A stretch of 64,000 nt of DNA from Magallana gigas (lineage: Eukaryota). The notes under the pieces were generated by a model. It was not told the DNA's origin. It saw only the letters and a list, made by a program, of their open reading frames with translations, and made no database searches. Location of the stretch: assembly GCF_963853765.1 (NCBI RefSeq), contig NC_088854.1, positions 48,980,001 through 49,044,000 on the forward strand. The letters are read 5' to 3'. Every line of letters starts with the position of its first letter. Positions within the stretch are counted from its first letter, which is position 1. A program made the position numbers and the translations under genes. Shown piece after piece: positions 46,001 through 60,700 of the stretch.

Positions 46001-49000
46001 TATATTAATTTATTTTATTTTATAACTTTTCCTTCTATGTGATTTCTTATTACGTACTCCTGCACAGCTCCATTTTATCATAACGTCGTTAATGCACAAT
46101 GGCAACGCGCAAAAACAAGCGAAACGAAAAATACTGTTGGCCCTCTTAAATGATAGGACCTGACTTGAAACAAAAGACAGTCCAAAGTAATTTACAAAAG
46201 AGCTCCTTAATTAATCAATGAAAAACATCTTTAAATAAACTGACAAATAAATTGCTAATATTCTACCTCATATATGATTTTAGAGTTTGATGCATTTTGC
46301 TTCGGATTAATTTATTTATCACTAAGCATTATCAAAAAATCTGATTTTCTATGAAAAAAATAATGTTGACATTCTTTTTTTCACGCTTTACGAAGGTTAT
46401 ATATTCATGAAAGTGTTGGCATGTATCTTATAATGGAAACGTTTTAAATTACAAATTTGATTAATGCCAATTCATTTAATTTAGTTAATTTGATTGCTAA
46501 TGGAGTTATCCATGAAATAATGTAATTTATAAGAAAAATTGTTGAAAAATATTCTGTATCTTTATCAAATTGATAAATTGCGATTGTATTTTAGACAGCC
46601 CTACGATAGAAAACAGATCACTGCAAACAGTGAATGAAAGTGAGTCAGTCACATTGACTCGAAATATAGTGAGAAATCCGTTGTCAAATGCGTCTTGGTA
46701 TATTGGAACACAACTGTTGAAAACCGAGTCTTCAGTTCAAACCACCACACTCACCATAGAAAATACCAAGTGTACAGATACCAACAACTATACGGTTGTG
46801 GCCAGTAATGGGGTAGGAAACAATGTTACAAGATTGGTGGAACTAATTGTGAACTGTAAGTTTGAATACAAGGTATATTTCCTGGTCTGAATTTGAAGAA
46901 ATATCAAAAGTATCTTAAAGTTATTGATTTTTATCATTATATATTTAATATTTGAAGTAATTTGATGATATTTAGAAATAGTATGTACAATCCGACAACA
47001 TTACATATTGAATGACTTCAATACATTGCTAACTGAAAGCAAAGTAAAGTAAGCAGTTATTCATATAAAATCAACCTAGACTAAACCAAGTTAAAAAAAA
47101 AACTTCTCTAATGTTTGTAGACAGGGATTTCTTTACTTGCAGATTTTATAGTAATGCGATACTTTGTGCATTTGTATCAAAATAAAAGCTAAAAGTATAG
47201 GAGCAATACAACAGCTTAAAGCTGCTTGGTCCGATTTTATATCAAATTTTATGCACGCTCTTAAACAATGGTTATGCTTAGTATATGTATAATAATAGAC
47301 ATTGCAGTAGTTTTTTCTAGTCAATTAAGCCAAATTTCAGTAAAGGAAAATACGTACAAAATATGCTAACAAACAAACGACATAAAAGGGTACCGCGTTA
47401 TTTCGCCTCATTCAAAATGTTATCCCTGACGACGAGACTTGTATAGTTGTATTACGACTTTGACATCGCATTAAATAAAGGTCTGAATAATCAGACAAGT
47501 TACAAATAAACATGTGTGCGTTTTGTTCGCTAATATTTCTGAAGTTTGGTTTCTTTACAATCGATGCATAGCATGCGGGTTGAATAACCCCAATCATTCG
47601 GGGGACGAAACCAAACGGTTTCCTACTTAAAAAAAATCCCGTGATGCACTTTGGTTTGTTTTTTCGTTTGACCAAAAAGAAATTATTTTTATTTACTTTG
47701 AATATTTCTAACTTTGAAAGGAGACCGATTCTGCTCGTGTAAATAGGAGAAAGTCCATAACTTTCTAAGATGATTGGTTTGTATGAAGAAAATTTAATGC
47801 TGTAATAACAAAGAAATCGGACCAAGCAGCTTTAAACTCAAATCATTTCGACGGTGATTAAATTATCTTTTATTGTTTTTCTCAAAAGCCTCTGATGTTT
47901 TAACAAGTTAAGGCTGAATGCATTTTGAACCTTAATGGGGTAATATTTTAATAAAAAAGCAAAGATCTAATCCTTGTTCTTTCTATTTCTTGTTTTAGAG
48001 AAGAACAAAATGTCTTTTTATCAATTCTTTCTAATTATTAGATATAATATTGTAAACCAATGTGTACAAAATAAATTGCGAATATAGCTTTTAAATTATT
48101 TGATACATTGGTTAAGATGTAAGCTATAGTAACAACTCTTATATTCGTAGATTTATTTCCATGTTGAATGGAATAAAGTGAATATCTTAAATGCAAGTAA
48201 TTTATTATATATACAAAAAGATGAAATTATGTTTTAAGAAATGATTAAACAACTGTTTATAGAAAGATGAATTAGAAAACACTTCTCTTCTCAAAGAAAA
48301 CGATGATACAGGTCTTTGGTATATTTCAAAACTTAAAGTATAGACACGTTTGACCTTATGTATTTTGCTACTTCATAGGTAAACCGATGCCAGATAACAC
48401 AAATATTACAATAGGAGTTACATGCACCACTGAAATTGAATTTTCAACCACAATAATTGCATATCCAGAACCTCTATACGAATTACAATAGGAAAACGGA
48501 ACAAAAAACACTCAAATGATGAGTTATATCACCAAAAATGCAGTGAATAATTTCACTGCTCATTTCAGCCAAACAGTTACTGATCAAAGTACTTTCGGAA
48601 TTTATTATCTAAGAATGGACAATATGATTGGAGAATCAACAGTTATTGTGAATGTAATCGAAAAAAGTAAGTTATAAGGTTTTTCAAGCTTATATATCCT
48701 GTTATTAATTTGTTTTATGAGAACAGTTTTTAACAAATAATTAAACGTAAAAAAATTGTGGAAGGTATAATGAAAGATATTTTGATGCAAAAAAATCAAT
48801 GCCGTAATATTTTTAAAATGTGTGACAAAATATGATATATACATATATGGTGTCGTCGTGTATTCAATAAAATGAACCAATTCTTTAATTAGAAAGAAAG
48901 CCGGATACACCAAGAAACATAACAGTTGTTTGTGAAATAACACAAACCAAAGTACAATGGATATCTTCTTTCAATGGCGGCGATCCACAGTCTTTTACTG

Positions 49001-52000
49001 TAAATACTTTGAATGGTCAAGATGGGACTAATCATTCTTGTCTTCGTGACAAGGGTGAAAATAAAATGCATTCTTCAGCAATCTTCAACCCTCTGTGACG
49101 TACTGGTTTTATGTTTCTGCAAAGAACAGTTATGGATCGAGTGTCTCAGAAGTCACCAGTTGCAAGACAGTACAAGGTTTAATTGAAAATTCTAGCATTG
49201 GTTTTCTTCACTTATCACTGTTCTGTTTTGTTTATAAACACTGACTCTTGAATAATTAATATTACATTTGTTTACCTGTTTTTTAACTGCTCTATACTTT
49301 ATCTAGTGTGAACAGCTTATCCATAGACCTCTGAAACAACTGTTAATTTTCTTTCACGTCAAAGGTCATGAGAAATGGTTCATTGAAAAATAAATGCATC
49401 TACAATAAGATATGCTTATAATATATGAGTATTTAATAAATAAAAACCACCTCTTCAAAAGTTTTATTGGACACAACTAGTTGCAGTGAAATATTTACAA
49501 AAGTGAACATTTTACAATGACTCTTTGCATAAAAGCAGCAATATATCCTTGAGCGTTACTTAGTCTCTTCGAATATGTTCACATGTTAGAGAATTTATTA
49601 TACCTTCTCTTCTACAATCATGAAGAAACGTATGCATACAAACATGTATGTGTTGGTTAAATAAAAATGTTTGATTTAACCAATGATATCCTGACACTCT
49701 TTTTTCTACAGAGACAACAGGCTCTCAGACAGGAGTAGTTGCCGGAAGTGTTGTAGGGACAATGATGTTTATCACGATTTTATTGATTTTTGGGATTGTT
49801 TTTCACAGACGCTACTCATGCATATGTAATATAGGTAACACTTCTACCACCTTTATGAGTTTTCCATAAGCATTTGTGTTTACGTATGGAATTGTAACTG
49901 TATATTATTCACCATGAAAACCTTTTTTGACATAGTTAGTTTTAAAGAATTTTATTAATAATGACACCGAAACCCAAAATCAAGGAATTCTTTTACAGCT
50001 CCAATACTATTTCATACCTCTAAGCAAACCTATTGTTTATAGGTCCGTACAAATTATCAGGACTCTCGGATGCTTCATATAGATCCTTCAGATATTAATA
50101 TTCAATGGCTTTCACGTATTTAAAGGTCTTCAAAAGACCAAAGTAATAAAATAAGAGGTTTATGTCATTAATCATGTTCCACAAAAGTATTAATACAATA
50201 TGAACGATGTGTTTAAATAGCAGCTAGCTAGATTTGATTTTAAACAAATGTAAATACATATATTTCTGTAATATTTCGCTTAAAGTGGACACTTCATTAA
50301 TTTCTTTTTTATCCACAAAAGTCAGCTTTTTTCGGTAACTAAATAAAACAGAAAATCCTTGCTTATTAAATGAGAAAGTTTTCAATTTTTGAATGGTTTT
50401 CAACATTCTGAATTGTATTCACTTTAAGATAATAGTAAAATTGTTGCGTTACATGCAAGAAAAGAATTAAGAGGTAAGTTTTTTTTCTACAAAATCTAGA
50501 AAATAAAAACTCAAAATTTGGTTTTTTTTTCAATTTTAGAATTCACTTAACTTATAATAAAAGAATGATAAAAAGACAAATCTTATACTGTGTTTGATAA
50601 ACTAGCACCTGCCACTTTTTCAGCTTTTGTACGTACATGTACTAGACTTACAGAAATTAGGTATCATTTAAGGGCTTACATGTACTTTGGTAGTAAAAGA
50701 ATGTTGAAATTCGATATTTGACGAAGATTAAAATAGGGTGTAATAAAGTTTTTGAAATGTACAATGTGTTTGCTTTTCCTTGTAAATTTATTTTTTTGTC
50801 AGAAAAAATTAGACCATTTAAATAATATATTAATGAACATATCTTATCTAAAAATACAATATTGATGTAGTCTTCAACCGAATTGAGAAGATCCGACGTA
50901 CTCGAAATAAAACGTCCAACATACAAAGTGCACATGTAATAAAGAAAATGTATACTTTACTGAGTTATAAACATTGAATTTGATCCTCCACCATAATTGA
51001 ATATCTGGCTCGACATTTTTGTTCGTTTCCATAAACATTTAAGCCTTTTTGCTATGTGGTTCATTTGTTTTTTGACTAATTGTTTTATAGTTTGTAGATT
51101 AAAAATAAGCAAATAGGTTAAGTTATATCTGGTCAAAAGTATGTTCAAACCGTATGCATTTAGATTCTCGCAATGTGTGTTTATCAATCAATATTTACAT
51201 TTCCCATAGTCGTTGTCTGTAATTAAACTGCGAATCGATTATATCATGTGTTGACCAATGTATTTCATTAATGACTTATTTAATATGTAATCGTGCAATG
51301 GCTGAAAATTATATAATATATTAAGTAATAAGGAATCATTTTTTGAATATCATAAAGTGATCAAATACGGTCGGGGGTAATCAAAACTATCATGAAGTTC
51401 TTCGGGTTTTCTTGTATTTGATTACTTCTAAATACTAAAAGAACGATTCCTTAATTATATGTTGTTTTATCTAATTTAAGGGATACAGCAGATGAAACAA
51501 ATAAAGATTTATCCAACTACACAACTATAAAAGGTAAAGATTTGCTAAAAAAGTACAAAATGTCACTGTTACCTAACCCTTTGATGTAAATAAAATGCAA
51601 AAAAAAAATATTATTGATACCTAAACAAAAGAGATAATTTAAACTTTCAAAATCATAACATTAACTATCATCTATATTTTTTGAAAATTACTTTAAAATG
51701 CAACACATAGGTCACGATGATTTCTTTATGCGTCTATTTTAGTTATCTTTCTATATATATGAAATGTGAAATGTTGTTTTGAAAAAAAATCTTGAGTGTC
51801 CTTTTTGTTTAATTTCAGAACAACAAGAACACACAGAAAGGTGTATGAATTTATATAAAAAATAATCTAGATTGCCTAAATAATCATTACATTAAATTGA
51901 CTAATATTAATTACGATAACTTCCTAGTATATTTCAAAACTTTACAAACACTATCACTGATTAAAACACATTATAATACATAAAATCAAGTGATTTATCC

Positions 52001-55000
52001 CTTAATTAATTTATTTAATTAATATGCCGTTTCTTTCTTTCTCTTCAGAACTTTACTGAAGAAAACAAATATATGTCATGTTTAATACGACGTGCACGTT
52101 ATGTATATAATTGCTTAAAATAAATTACCAAAATTCATAGCTGAAAAATCTTGTGTTCAATTTCGCGGTTTAAATACCTTTGACTGACAACTAAAACATG
52201 ACGGACCATTAAAATCTCTGACTTAATTGATGGACATTTTAAAAATAAAAAAATGCAATTAGCATTTAAATATCATTTTTTTCGTGGACAAAACACTTCT
52301 GTAGATGTGTATTTTTTCAGAACCAAATTACAACCGAAGTTAAAAAAAATAATTTGTGTTAGATTATTTACAATTTTCATCGTTTCAATGATAAATAGAA
52401 ACTTATTTATGGATGGTTATTGCAGGAACATGTATGACGATTTAACATCATATGAAAATGCAAACCAATACGAAGACATTTTGAAGAAAGGTTGTGCAAA
52501 TTGATATTTATGAACAGCTTTTTATATAATCTAAATTAATTTTATTCATTTCTTTAACTCTTTATCTTGAGACATTAAAGGACTGCGAACGATAGCATTC
52601 TCTAGCCGCCTAACTAAAAGTCATTTTTTGAAAGTTGTCTAATTAAAGTTATATTTTTATAATAATGTAAACATTTATGTATATTTTCATTAAACATAAA
52701 TTATTTGGTGAAACAAAGCGAGATAACTTTGTATTTTGGGTTAAAATAGCTCATTTCATAATAGAAAATAACGGAAAACGGAAATGTTTTTTAAAACATC
52801 TCCCCCCCCCCCATATGTCTACAGACCGAAATACATTCCAAAAAAAGAATTTTGCTTTGTAAATTTTCGAAAACTAAATAACAGATATGAAATAAAATGA
52901 AAAGTTACTTTAATACATATCGTAAATATGTTATCATGAAGTTTTTATGCACATATTGGCCGCTAAATAAAATTTTCCTCACTCATAGAGAACGATTTCA
53001 ATGACATTTTTTAGACCCCGCGTTAGCAAAACTTTTGTTTAAAAATAAATTATTTTATTACCAATTTTGTTTTGATATAAATTGATTATGATTTGATTAT
53101 ACTTTTTAGTAGAAAACTTAGTTTTTGAATATCTAACAGAAATTCCGACATATTTGGATGTAAAATGTAGGCGGGAAACGGGCGTTAGCGTTCGCAGTTC
53201 TTTGTTGATATGGAAGTAATTTTTGGGAAAGGTAATCATAAAACTCCTTCTTGGATAACGATAACAATTGCTACCGTCGATAGTTATTAAAACATAAATT
53301 TCCAATAATTTCACTAGTGAATATTTAGATATGAATTATTTCGGATTCATACTCATTCTGTTTGATCTCATTGTAGATTTTTGCATCTGAACTAATTATA
53401 AATGATTTTTTTCTATTACAGAAAATGATGGAAACACTAAGTATCTATCTATCTACCAATCTATTTATCTGTTTTTTTATCCATCTATCAATCTGTCCAT
53501 CTATCCATATATCTGATAAAATGTCATTTATGTTGTTAAGAACATTTAGGAATTTTTTGTTTGTAGAAATCTTTATGAAAAATTGCAAAAAAGTGTTGAT
53601 AAAACTAAAGAAGGAAATTCCGCCAACCAGTCGATACCATTCAAAACTAAAGGTAATCCCTTTTTGTTGGATTTATTTCAGCTGGTGCTGTGTAAGGTCA
53701 TTTATTAAAACTGAAAAATCAATCTCATAAATATAATGTCATGTAAATAGAAAAGGTACAAAGACTCATAAAGGTAGATCCAAACAACAATTATTGTCGC
53801 AGTGATTACTACATTGTTCTATAAGAGAGGGATTAAATATTACTTGATTTAAGGAAGGGGTATTCTCATACTTTTTATATTTAGATATGCATGAAATGAC
53901 AGACAGTCAAAAAATAATATTATCAAGTGATGGTATCAGTTTAATATTTGACAATCTTGTATTCGCAGCCCAGTGAAGTCAAGGTCATTATCGTTCCTCT
54001 TAACTTAAAGAATCATAAAACAAGATGTAGTTATAATTATGCAAATGACACTGACGTCTTTTATAGAATATAGAATAGTTTCTTTTGTACAACGATATGA
54101 TAAAATCGCACCCTGTCTATCAGATTATACTTCTAAATCATATAATTACACTAAAATTGACATTGCCACGCCCCCATTTCCATTCTCTTAAATTTTGACG
54201 ATGGTTTGATAATTTTTTATGCTACTAATAATGAATATATTGTGAAGACTTTCTATAAAGATATAAAATTGCCAAAAATTAATTTAAGAGAATACTAATC
54301 AGAGAGAAATTCGGCTTAAGTGACGTTTTGATATAAATTTATTTAAGCCTATCATGTCGGTGGTACAGTCAGTAGAATAAAATAATAACCAACTGGAGCA
54401 TCTCAAACAACTGTAAAAGAGTGCTCTAAATTACTGAAATCACCAAGTTCTCTATTTGCCTTTTTTTCAAAACTTTTTTAGCTATCCTTATTATATTTTA
54501 AAAGCTTTCAAAGGTAGGGAGGAGGTAAAAGTCTATGAGGAGTAATTGGAAATAATTTACCCCTACCATACATAATCGTACATATCTTCAAAAAGGATAC
54601 AATTGTATTTAAATTTTATACTTTTGCTACTTTCTTTAACTGCAAGAAGCTTACAACGAATAGCATTTGCTTGGAATTAAAAAACCTTAATTAAATAAAT
54701 ATTTTAACACTGTGCCTAATAATTATACAAATGCCAAGGTGGTAGTTTTGTACTTTTGTAATTGCTGTTTCTTGCCTGAAAGGACCTGAGATTTAGGAAT
54801 AATAATGAATTCATCATTTATACAATGATTGATATATTTTTAATCAATTGGGAGTTAGATTAGATGTTTTATGAATGATGCATCATAACATACCTCATTC
54901 ATGTACAGTTTATTGGTTTCAATTCTCTTGAATATACGCTGTATTTGCTAAAATCTATTATCGCCATATGTGTACTTTTGTTCTCTTAAGTTTGTATTAT

Positions 55001-57799
55001 TATCCTTAACATTGTGATTTCAATAATATATGAAAGGAACCTATGCATGTTACTAATACATAATCATCTTTATTTCTTGTGATTTATTGTCTATTGTACA
55101 TTAAAGAGGTCTTGATTCCTTGAGCTATAGGTAGATTTTATTCATCCCAATGCCAACATTTACTGTTGTTTGTTTTGCTACTCACCGTTTCGTATTTTCA
55201 ACATTAAGATTTTTTCTTTAATAGCAAAGTTTTTAGTGTATGAAAACTTTCTTTAAATTCATTTTTATTATCCATGCGTAATTTTACTGAGAACTAGTCA
55301 TCATATGTGATTTAAGTAGTACTTCCTTTATTATAGCAATGTAAATGTCTAGGACATCGTATGCTAGACGATGTCTCCATTCTATAAATAAAGCAAAGCA
55401 ATTACAAGTTAATGTTATTTTTGTTCCGATCATATTGGTTTATAATTAGAATTTGTTGTAGCCGAAAATTTACATTAATAACATAGTAGAATAGTTTTAT
55501 CTGGTTTCAATCGTATTGTAGCTACTTTACTACAATTTATAAATAAAGAACTTAGTTTTGAGTAGATAAAGCGCATTCTAATATTACTTAAATACGTAGG
55601 ATATTTCAAATAAGCTTAAGTTTGCTGGTAATTTCTCAATATGGTAAAATTGATAATCTACAAAATACTATAAATCCATTAAAGGAAACATAGGGACAGT
55701 GTCACTTATGTATTAACCATTTCACATCATCACGCTAGCCCCAGTCATTCACTGCTGCTGTCCAAACTACGTCAACGTGGAGCTTGTTTTACGCTTGATC
55801 GGTTGCGTGAACAGATACCTCTTAAAGTTATCATGAGTGAAAAACAATAAAATGTGTATAACAGGACCTAGATTTCACTTTGAGTGATCAAGAACTTCAA
55901 GAGATCGGAGTTTGAGAATTGAAGATAGATTAAATTTGCTTAGTTATATTGAGAAAATAATCTGGAATGTGATTTTACTTTGAGTGGTCACGAAATTCGA
56001 GAAATCAAAGTTCGTGCCATCGAGCGTCAACTGCATAATTGTTTTCGTACCTGCATCTTAAAGCCACCTTGGTACAGGAACTTGGTACTCTCTTCATTAT
56101 CCGACACAGTGTTTTATGTTTTTGAAGCAAATGTCATCGTACCAAAAAAAATAATTTGATTATAAAACTGTCAGGATAAGAAATCCTTCGAACCTATCAA
56201 ATTAGATTTAAAGATAAAATGGTTAACAGCTTTTTCGAGCTTTTTTCAATTAATTAAAAACATGCTGATACTGTAATGAATAAACATTCAGTTTACATCA
56301 ATACATTCATTAAGTATTTAGTTCATATTAAAGTATCAACTTTTTATTATTATATTTTTTTAGAATCAAAGGACGACAAATTTTGGACCAAGAATACTCA
56401 AGAATATGTAAACACGTCATTTCGGAAGTAAATCATTACCCATGCTGAAAGCTGAAGTTCCCTAAGCTAGTCTGAAAAAAATCCCTCAAATGCCGTGCAG
56501 AAAACCCATATATTCTGAGAAGACCATGTGATGATTTTAAAAAACTCGTTTGTTCTGTTATCAGTTTATTGATTTTAAGTTTACTTTTTATAACGAATTA
56601 ATACCTTTGTATGTCAGGACTTTAAATAAAACTTAAATGTTTGCTATTAGGCAGAATTAGTTTGTGGAGTTTAAATAATTAAGTCCTATTTCTACATTTT
56701 ATTTTGTCCAGATATGTACACCAATTAACACGCAGAGCATTTAATTGTTCTTTATCAAAACTTACTTTCTGATTAATTAAAATTCTCGTAAGAAAACACT
56801 CTGTGTATTTGCTTGGTTTTATTCTTTAAAATCAGTATCAACATTTTACCAAGGACCGAGTCTGAAATCTAATACATGTCATCAATATGCATAAGCCAGC
56901 TCTATTTAAGCAAATGCGTTTCAATATCTTTAATATCATACTTAAAAGTGCTTAATTGACAAAACAGGATATGCTTACTTTGAAAGAGATATGTGTGTTT
57001 AATATATGAAAATGCAAGGCGTATTTTTATGACTGTTTGGACTTCTTCCGTTTATGACAGTTTTATTTGAGTTATTGTTATTATAGTACATCTACCCTTA
57101 ATGACAGAATTAAGCGGAATGAAAATTTTTGTCAGTTTATTATGCGTTGTGAATTCATATTTCCCGGTAATTGTTGGTTTTTTAAACGCTTAAGGCAAAA
57201 TGAAGTTCATATTAAGGGATATGTAAAAAATCTGGCATAAGCTTAAAACTTATACAAGAATAAACGGATCGTTAAAATATTCAACAGTTGCCTTGATTTA
57301 TTAAAGATAACAGCTAAACACAAGCTGGCACTTTGGTCATGGCTTATTTATTATAATTAACAATAAATATAACAACCGACCTGTCACCCACTTGATGAAC
57401 AGGTATTTGGCTGCACAATAAATCAAAATTTTTAGTTCACCAATAAATTATTCAATCAATCAGTCAATCAATCAATAAATCAAAGTTAAATCATGAAAGT
57501 CATTATCAATATCGCTTTGCATTAGGCGGGGTTCCGGCTAGGTTAGGTGGATACTGGGAGAAGTTGAACACCTATTCCAAAACTTTAAGCAGGCCCTGGG
57601 AACAGTTACCTGCATCAAAGACAAAAAAACCCTTCCACGATACATATTCCTCATGAAAAACAGCTATACCAAACTTAAAGTGTTTGTCTGCCAGACAATT
57701 TGCAACCCTAAACCAATAGAGAGAGGTGGAATGTGTTCGAGGCAGTTAGGGGTAGGATTAAGGTTAAGCCATAACTAGGTTATGGGAGATGAAGTGAAG

Positions 57800-60700
57800 G
57801 GAAAGGGTAGGGGTTTTGATAAGGTTGTATTTGTGGCGAGGATAAACTAATACAAATGATCGGGATAAATTGATGAATGAGTTTGTGAGAACAGATAAAG
57901 TGCACCCTGCAATATGTCAGAAAAACATTATTGTCCAGTTCAGATACATGCACTCCGTCTACACAAAACATTTGGCCGTTATATTTATTTTTATTCAAGT
58001 TTTTCAATATAAGCCCCTCCCAAGTTCAAACATGAGTTGCAATTGCATTGTTAAGACGATTTTTGCACTTTTCTGCTGCAGTAGTACTAAACAAATAACG
58101 CCAACATGCCCGTGGCAAAATTTCAGACCAAACTAACAAAGTGTTAGGCAAAATTTACCGAGTTCAGATATAGTGTCAAACATTTGGAGTCGAAGGTCCA
58201 AGAAAGGTAATGCGCCATTACTATTGCCTCCGCAATGTATCACTAACATGTCAGGAGGAGTACTGTACAAAAGCTGTGTAGTGTGCATGATAAACCTCCC
58301 CCACCTCTTACCAGGTCTGCTTATCCAGCCTACCTCGACCCTAATCAAGCAATGAAGGCCCATTGAATTGCCTCCAGCGCGGGCTGTGAGTTTTAGCCTT
58401 GGGATAATTGATGATCAGACTATCCATATGTATGGCACTTAACCTGAAATAAATTCTTGTTATATGTTAGCATTGCGGGTTAATGGATGCAATAATAGGA
58501 CAAATAGTCTTATGTATTTCTTGTAACACGTTGACTTTCAACACCCTTTAGACTGGATTTGGTGTTTTAGGATACCTTAAATAAAAGCTGCCGGGGCAGA
58601 ACCTATGTGGAAAAAAGTGGGATTCAAAGGCTGCTTGAGGGATCTTAAGATGATGTAAAGTCTTGGTAAGGACTGCGGAAAATTGGTATGGTGTAAAGGG
58701 TTTATTATCGAAATGGGAAAGTAAAGGGTCTTCCACAGGTGGTCGTACAGAGATAATTTTTTTCAGAGCTTGTTGTAATATTGAATAATTGTGGTCGTTA
58801 GGTTTAACTATAGTAGCTCCCTTGCCCGTTTGGTCTGATTTTGAAAACTGCAGCAATAATTTTATGGTTTGACATGTAATTGAACCTGCAATAGCTTGCG
58901 AAACTCTATTAGGGGATGTACCAAATGTGATTGTTAATTCACCAACACGAAAGAAGCCAAAATAAGCTAAAAGGTAAGCAGAAGTGAACAGAGTTGACTC
59001 GTAAACGTAGTGATATGTGTGTGGTAGGTCCTGAATTATTGCATGGAAAAGAGGTAATGTGATAGGTCTACGCATGTCGAGAGAAGGCTTTTTCCTGGAA
59101 AGGCCAATCAGGAGTTATTGAAGTATGAAGGATTTAGTAGTGTTTTAGATTAAACGCTATTATTGACATGTATGTTTTTATGGTAGACGGGGCTATGTTT
59201 GAGGCAGACATGTAAGCTATGAAATTGATCAAATGGTCCAAGGGGGGATTGGTGTGTGGTAGATGATAAGAATCACAAAACTGGAAAAAGGCAGTCGATC
59301 CCTGGGAATAAGTGAGCTGAGTATTTGTTGAAATCGATGCCGACAAAAGTGTTTGAACCTCATCTACAAAGAAACCGTAGAACTCGTATGGGATTGGTTT
59401 CGGGTTGGTGATGCTGCTTTTGCCAGCTGTCGAAAGCGGTGCAACTGAAATCGAGAAATAGAATTGTCTATTTCATTAAGTTTGCCCGCTATATATTAAG
59501 CCTCAATTTGAAGGTTTAAATGTAAGAATATTAGGATCAATTGCTTAATGAGGAACATGACGCGTTGAGACTTTGATGAATTGGAGTTGATGATAGATAC
59601 CAAGGTATGAAGTATGGTACCAAGAGTTTGGAATTTGGCAACTGTCAGCCCCAAATGTAAATGTCCCTTACAATTGGAATTAATTTTCCGTAGGATATAC
59701 CTTGCCGAGTCCCAATGTTCAGGCCATGAGATGTAAGCCCATTCCCCATGAAAATAATACCACCACCTGTTTATTTAGCACTATCTGTGAAAAATTCCAG
59801 ATCCGTCAAGAAACCACGACTGATCAGGGAAGGGGCGGGTTCCATGAAAGGAGTGAATAAACTCTCGAATAATGAGTGCATCTTGCCGCATTCCAGAGGT
59901 CACTCTAATCATGTGTTGACTTCTCTAAGTGCTAGACACAGCGCCATAGAATCTTCTGATTAATGCCCGAGCTGCCGGTAATGCTCTGCCACAAAGTGCT
60001 AATAACCCACAGAGTGATTGTAACTGTTGAAGAGCGATTTTTTTCACGGTTGCAGAGATTCCTTAGTTGGTCATTGAGGGATGTGAGTTTATCATGTGGG
60101 GAAAATGTGTTGAGATACTGTATTCATTCCTAGCCCTTAATGGGTTATGTTAGTTTTGGGATCTTTAATCTTGTCAGCCGCAATCGGCACACCCAAAATT
60201 TTACAAATGTGGCTGAATTGCTGTATCAATCTAATGCACTCATTTGAGGCATTTGGGCCGACAAAGAGAAGTAATCAAGATAGTGACAAATGTTACTGGA
60301 CTTTGTAGTATGGCTTTATGTCCAGTGTAAGAATTTTTAAAATCTTCGAATAACGCTCATGACAGTGCACAACCGAAGGAAGGCATTTATCAAAATAATA
60401 CATGTAGTAATCTTGGAACTTGATACCAAGTAAGCAGAAATCATTGGGATGGATCTTGGAACCTGATACCAAGTAAGCAAAAATCACTGAGATGGATAGG
60501 AAGTAGCTAAAATGCGGACTTTAGGTCTATCTTACCAATCAGCCAAGCTAGGCCTTGCGACTGTACAAGAGCAACTGCTTCGTCAAAGGAAGAGTACTTA
60601 AGTGAACAATATTTGGGGTCAATGAAGTCAGTACTACTGTTACCTTCCGGAGCAGACAAATGAATATTTAACTTTAAGCCGCCCGATTTTTTGGAACAAT

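Larger units (their letters stand above)
34040..56431 (+). pseudogene. Ig/FnIII single-pass receptor, copy 2, full span but disrupted
   Basis: Exons: signal 34040-34130; V-type Ig 37383(or 37404)-37686 (frameshifted); Ig 40663-40944; Ig repeats 43553-43822 (acceptor AG>AC), 44434-44549 (truncated, stop), 44636-44905, 45115-45375; Ig 46595-46855; Ig-like 48379-48666 (TAG at 48489); FnIII 48893-49176 (7-nt deletion, TGA at 49096); TM 49712-49834; tail 51481-51533, 51819-51840, 52426-52490, 53422-53440, 53567-53652, 56364-56431. First tail microexon unresolved near 50452-50473. Confidence 0.85.

Noticed and set aside
50429-50473. Exact call of the first tail microexon of copy 2
   Set aside because: A good donor exists at 50473/50474, but no nearby AG gives the required length of 1 mod 3; left unresolved (possibly a mutated acceptor).
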